From Azolla caroliniana (lineage: Eukaryota; Plantae; Polypodiophyta), in NCBI GenBank assembly GCA_043228905.1, contig JBHGNT010000008.1, positions 17,360,001 to 17,424,000 on the forward strand: a stretch of DNA of 64,000 nucleotides, read 5' to 3'. Shown here in pieces: positions 61,370 through 64,000 of the stretch (its first letter is position 1; each line of letters starts with the position of its first letter). Below the pieces are notes generated by a model. That model did no database searches. It was given only the letters and a program-made list of their open reading frames with translations, and was not told the origin of the DNA. A program made the position numbers and the translations under genes.

Positions 61370-64000
61370 TGTGGGATCGCGTGGTAAAACCACAGGCCAA
61401 AACCCTTCCCCTAACCCAAGTAGCTATAACCAGGGTTAGGGGAGTTAGACCTTGGGTTAGTTAGTTACACTAAAGTTAGTAAGAGGTTAGTTAGAGGTAA
61501 GTGTGCCAAGATAACCGAATGTATCTTGGAATGTATTACCAAGGTGTATAAAAGCATTCAAATGTAATAGAAAGAAAGGAGAGAGTTTGAGGCATTTTAC
61601 ACACTTTGGTGGAGAAGACAGGCAACACTCAAGACACCAAATCAAGAAAGAGCTGAAACAAAACAGGATGCTACTCCAACAGATTAGACACCACCACATC
61701 AAGAAGAAGAAACCGCAATGCTACCCAACACAACAAGACGCAACAAGAGCAAGTCGAAATCAACATACATATGGCATCTCCAATACAGAACAACGGTGCA
61801 ACAGAATGCACCGACATGAATCCAGAATTTCTGCAACAACACCAAGAAAACTGTCAAGCTTTCCAGCTGGATCAACTAATAGAAGCGGTATCTAACATCG
61901 CAATACAATCAAATTTGACTAATCAGGCCATGCTATCTTTTTTCTCTTCGCAGACAGATAGGCACGCTAATCGGCCAGACCCACGAGTACGACCTAAATC
62001 CTTCTCAGGTCTGCCATCTGAGGACATCCTTTCTTGGCTCTATCATTTTGAAATGGTGGCGAGCTATCATTAGTGGCCCGAAGCACGGAAAGCACTAGAG
62101 ATGCGAACTTTATTGGAGGGCATCGCAGCCACATGGTTCATACAGCAAACAGAGGAGTCCAAGAACGATTGGTCGATACTTAAATCCCTCATGATCAGGA
62201 ATTTCGCTCACCATGACTCAACTCAGACGGCTTTGCAGCAACTAGAGACAATCAAACAACAACAACTTGAGCCAGTGACACAATTTGCAATCTGATTACA
62301 ACAATTACTTACTCGCACAAATCCAACAATGCCAGAATCGATGAAGCTATTCTTCTTATGGCCACGGCTACGCCCAGAAATATATCGTCGAGTGCACAAT
62401 CAAGGCCCCAAAACATTTCAAGAAGCCATCCTCATTGCACAACGCATTGAAGCAGCAACACAAATAGAACTCCAAATGAGCTGGTCATCCAATGTCAATT
62501 CCGAGAAACAATACAATAGCAACGCCACGCCAATGGAAATCGATATCCAGAACGCTCAACTACAAGCAAGAAGGAACCTGCCAACACGCGATGCACAAGG
62601 AAGACCTAAGTGTTTTTTTTTCAACAACTATGGGCACGTGAAGAAACACTGTCGGAAATGGAACAACCAAACACAGAAGCAAAATGTGCAAGTACAGTTG
62701 GCTGACAATAGTTATCGGACCGACCTGTCGGAAAACTAAGTCGCGGGGTGTTGAAGGGAGCACAACCCCCGCACATACAAGCATCCACATCCTCAAGTTC
62801 TCCCGTGTGCACGGCCATGGCGACAATTCTCCATAGCCCGCAAGAAGTTCTCTTCGATTCCGGTAGTAGCATATCTTCCATCAGTCAAGATCTGGTTGAT
62901 CACCTCAATCTTTCAACCTCCAAAGCCTCCCCCATTAAGGTGTTATTCGGCAATCACCAACGCCTATATAAGTCCAACACCACAGTCGTCTGCACACTCA
63001 AGCTAGGCTCCACCACGATCACACACACCTTTTACGTCCTTCCACATCAATTGTTCCCACTCACACTCGGATGTGATTGGTTCATCATGAGCAAGGCCCA
63101 ACTCGATTTCCATACGCGTCACCTCACATTACCACAAGCAAGGCCAGTTCCCCTGTTCACAAGCAAATGCAACCAACAAATCAGCAATGCACAGGTAACA
63201 TTAAGCAAGGAGGTTCGCCTAAGCGATGTCCACGAGGTTTTAGCTCAATACCCCGAACTAATCAACTCATCTAACAAGCCCACTACAGTCTCATTCCCGG
63301 TCCAACATGTCATCAACACAGGAAGCGCAACACCTGTCCGGACAGCAGCAACACGACGTTCTCCTTTAGATCATGCACGCATTGACCAAGCAGTAAATGA
63401 GATCATCTCACCCTCATATAGTGATTGGGTATCGGAGCCACACATGGTCAAAAAGGATGATGGCACATACCGATTTTGTGTTGACTTTCGCAAGCTCAAT
63501 CAAGTTACCATCCATGACCTTTACCCTATGCCGCGAATAGATGATCTCTTGGACCAGCTGGGATGCTCAAAGTACTTCACCTCTATCGATCTTGCGGCTG
63601 GATATTGGCAGATTCCAATGGACCCAAGAGATGCACATAAGACAGCTTTCAGAACACGTAGAGGGCTATTCCAGTTCAATAGGATGCCATTTGGCTTGTT
63701 CGATGCAGGGAGCACATTTCAACGGATGGCAAATTCAATATTCGTTGACCTTATCACTGACAGTACAATGCTCGTATACCTGGATGACATTCTAATTCAT
63801 ACTTCCACATGGCCACAACATGTTAAGGTATTACAATCAGTTCTACAACGAATACAACAACACAATTTGAAATTACAATGGAAAAAATGCAGATGGGCTA
63901 GCACCCAGCTCAAGTTTTTGGGCTACATAATTTCTACCGAAGGCCTACAGATGGACCCAAAGAAGACCGAGGCCATGACCAATTTTCCCCGACCAACCAC
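61370..64000 (+). mobile_element. Degenerate Gypsy element (5' LTR, PBS, gag, PR, RT) running off the window end
   Basis: Short LTR at ~61370-61603; PBS TGGTGGAGA (tRNA-Ala-like) from 61607; gag with PMEID and a degenerate knuckle; LFDSGS protease; YLDD RT at ~63777-63788. Confidence 0.88.

Overview
AT-rich, TE-dominated eukaryotic nuclear DNA. A non-seed land plant such as a fern is inferred from the germin-like gene, the plant-type U5 genes and the retroelement types. Host genes are one intact, intronless germin-like protein gene (10995-11729), a truncated paralogous pseudogene, and a cluster of four U5 snRNA genes or pseudogenes with USE and TATA promoters (18.1-24.6 kb). The rest is deeply nested mobile DNA: a young intact chromovirus (3232-8910) inside an older one, a degenerate sister copy (27166-48680) hosting a Copia element and a rearranged tRNA-Trp-primed Gypsy complex, a second tRNA-Trp-primed Gypsy (48766-59932), solo LTRs, L1 and hAT remnants, and a Gypsy running off the right end. 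The most notable unexplained signals are: (1) tRNA-like A-box/B-box modules in the LTRs of four LTR families; (2) a 1.9-kb terminally redundant non-coding insertion carrying a minimal type I hammerhead ribozyme (Penelope- or retrozyme-like); (3) Tf1-like self-priming with a compensatory change between copies; (4) U5 promoters with Pol III-like USE-TATA spacing; (5) a conserved slippery site plus pseudoknot placed after the protease. Coordinates were counted by hand and may be off by a few bases.
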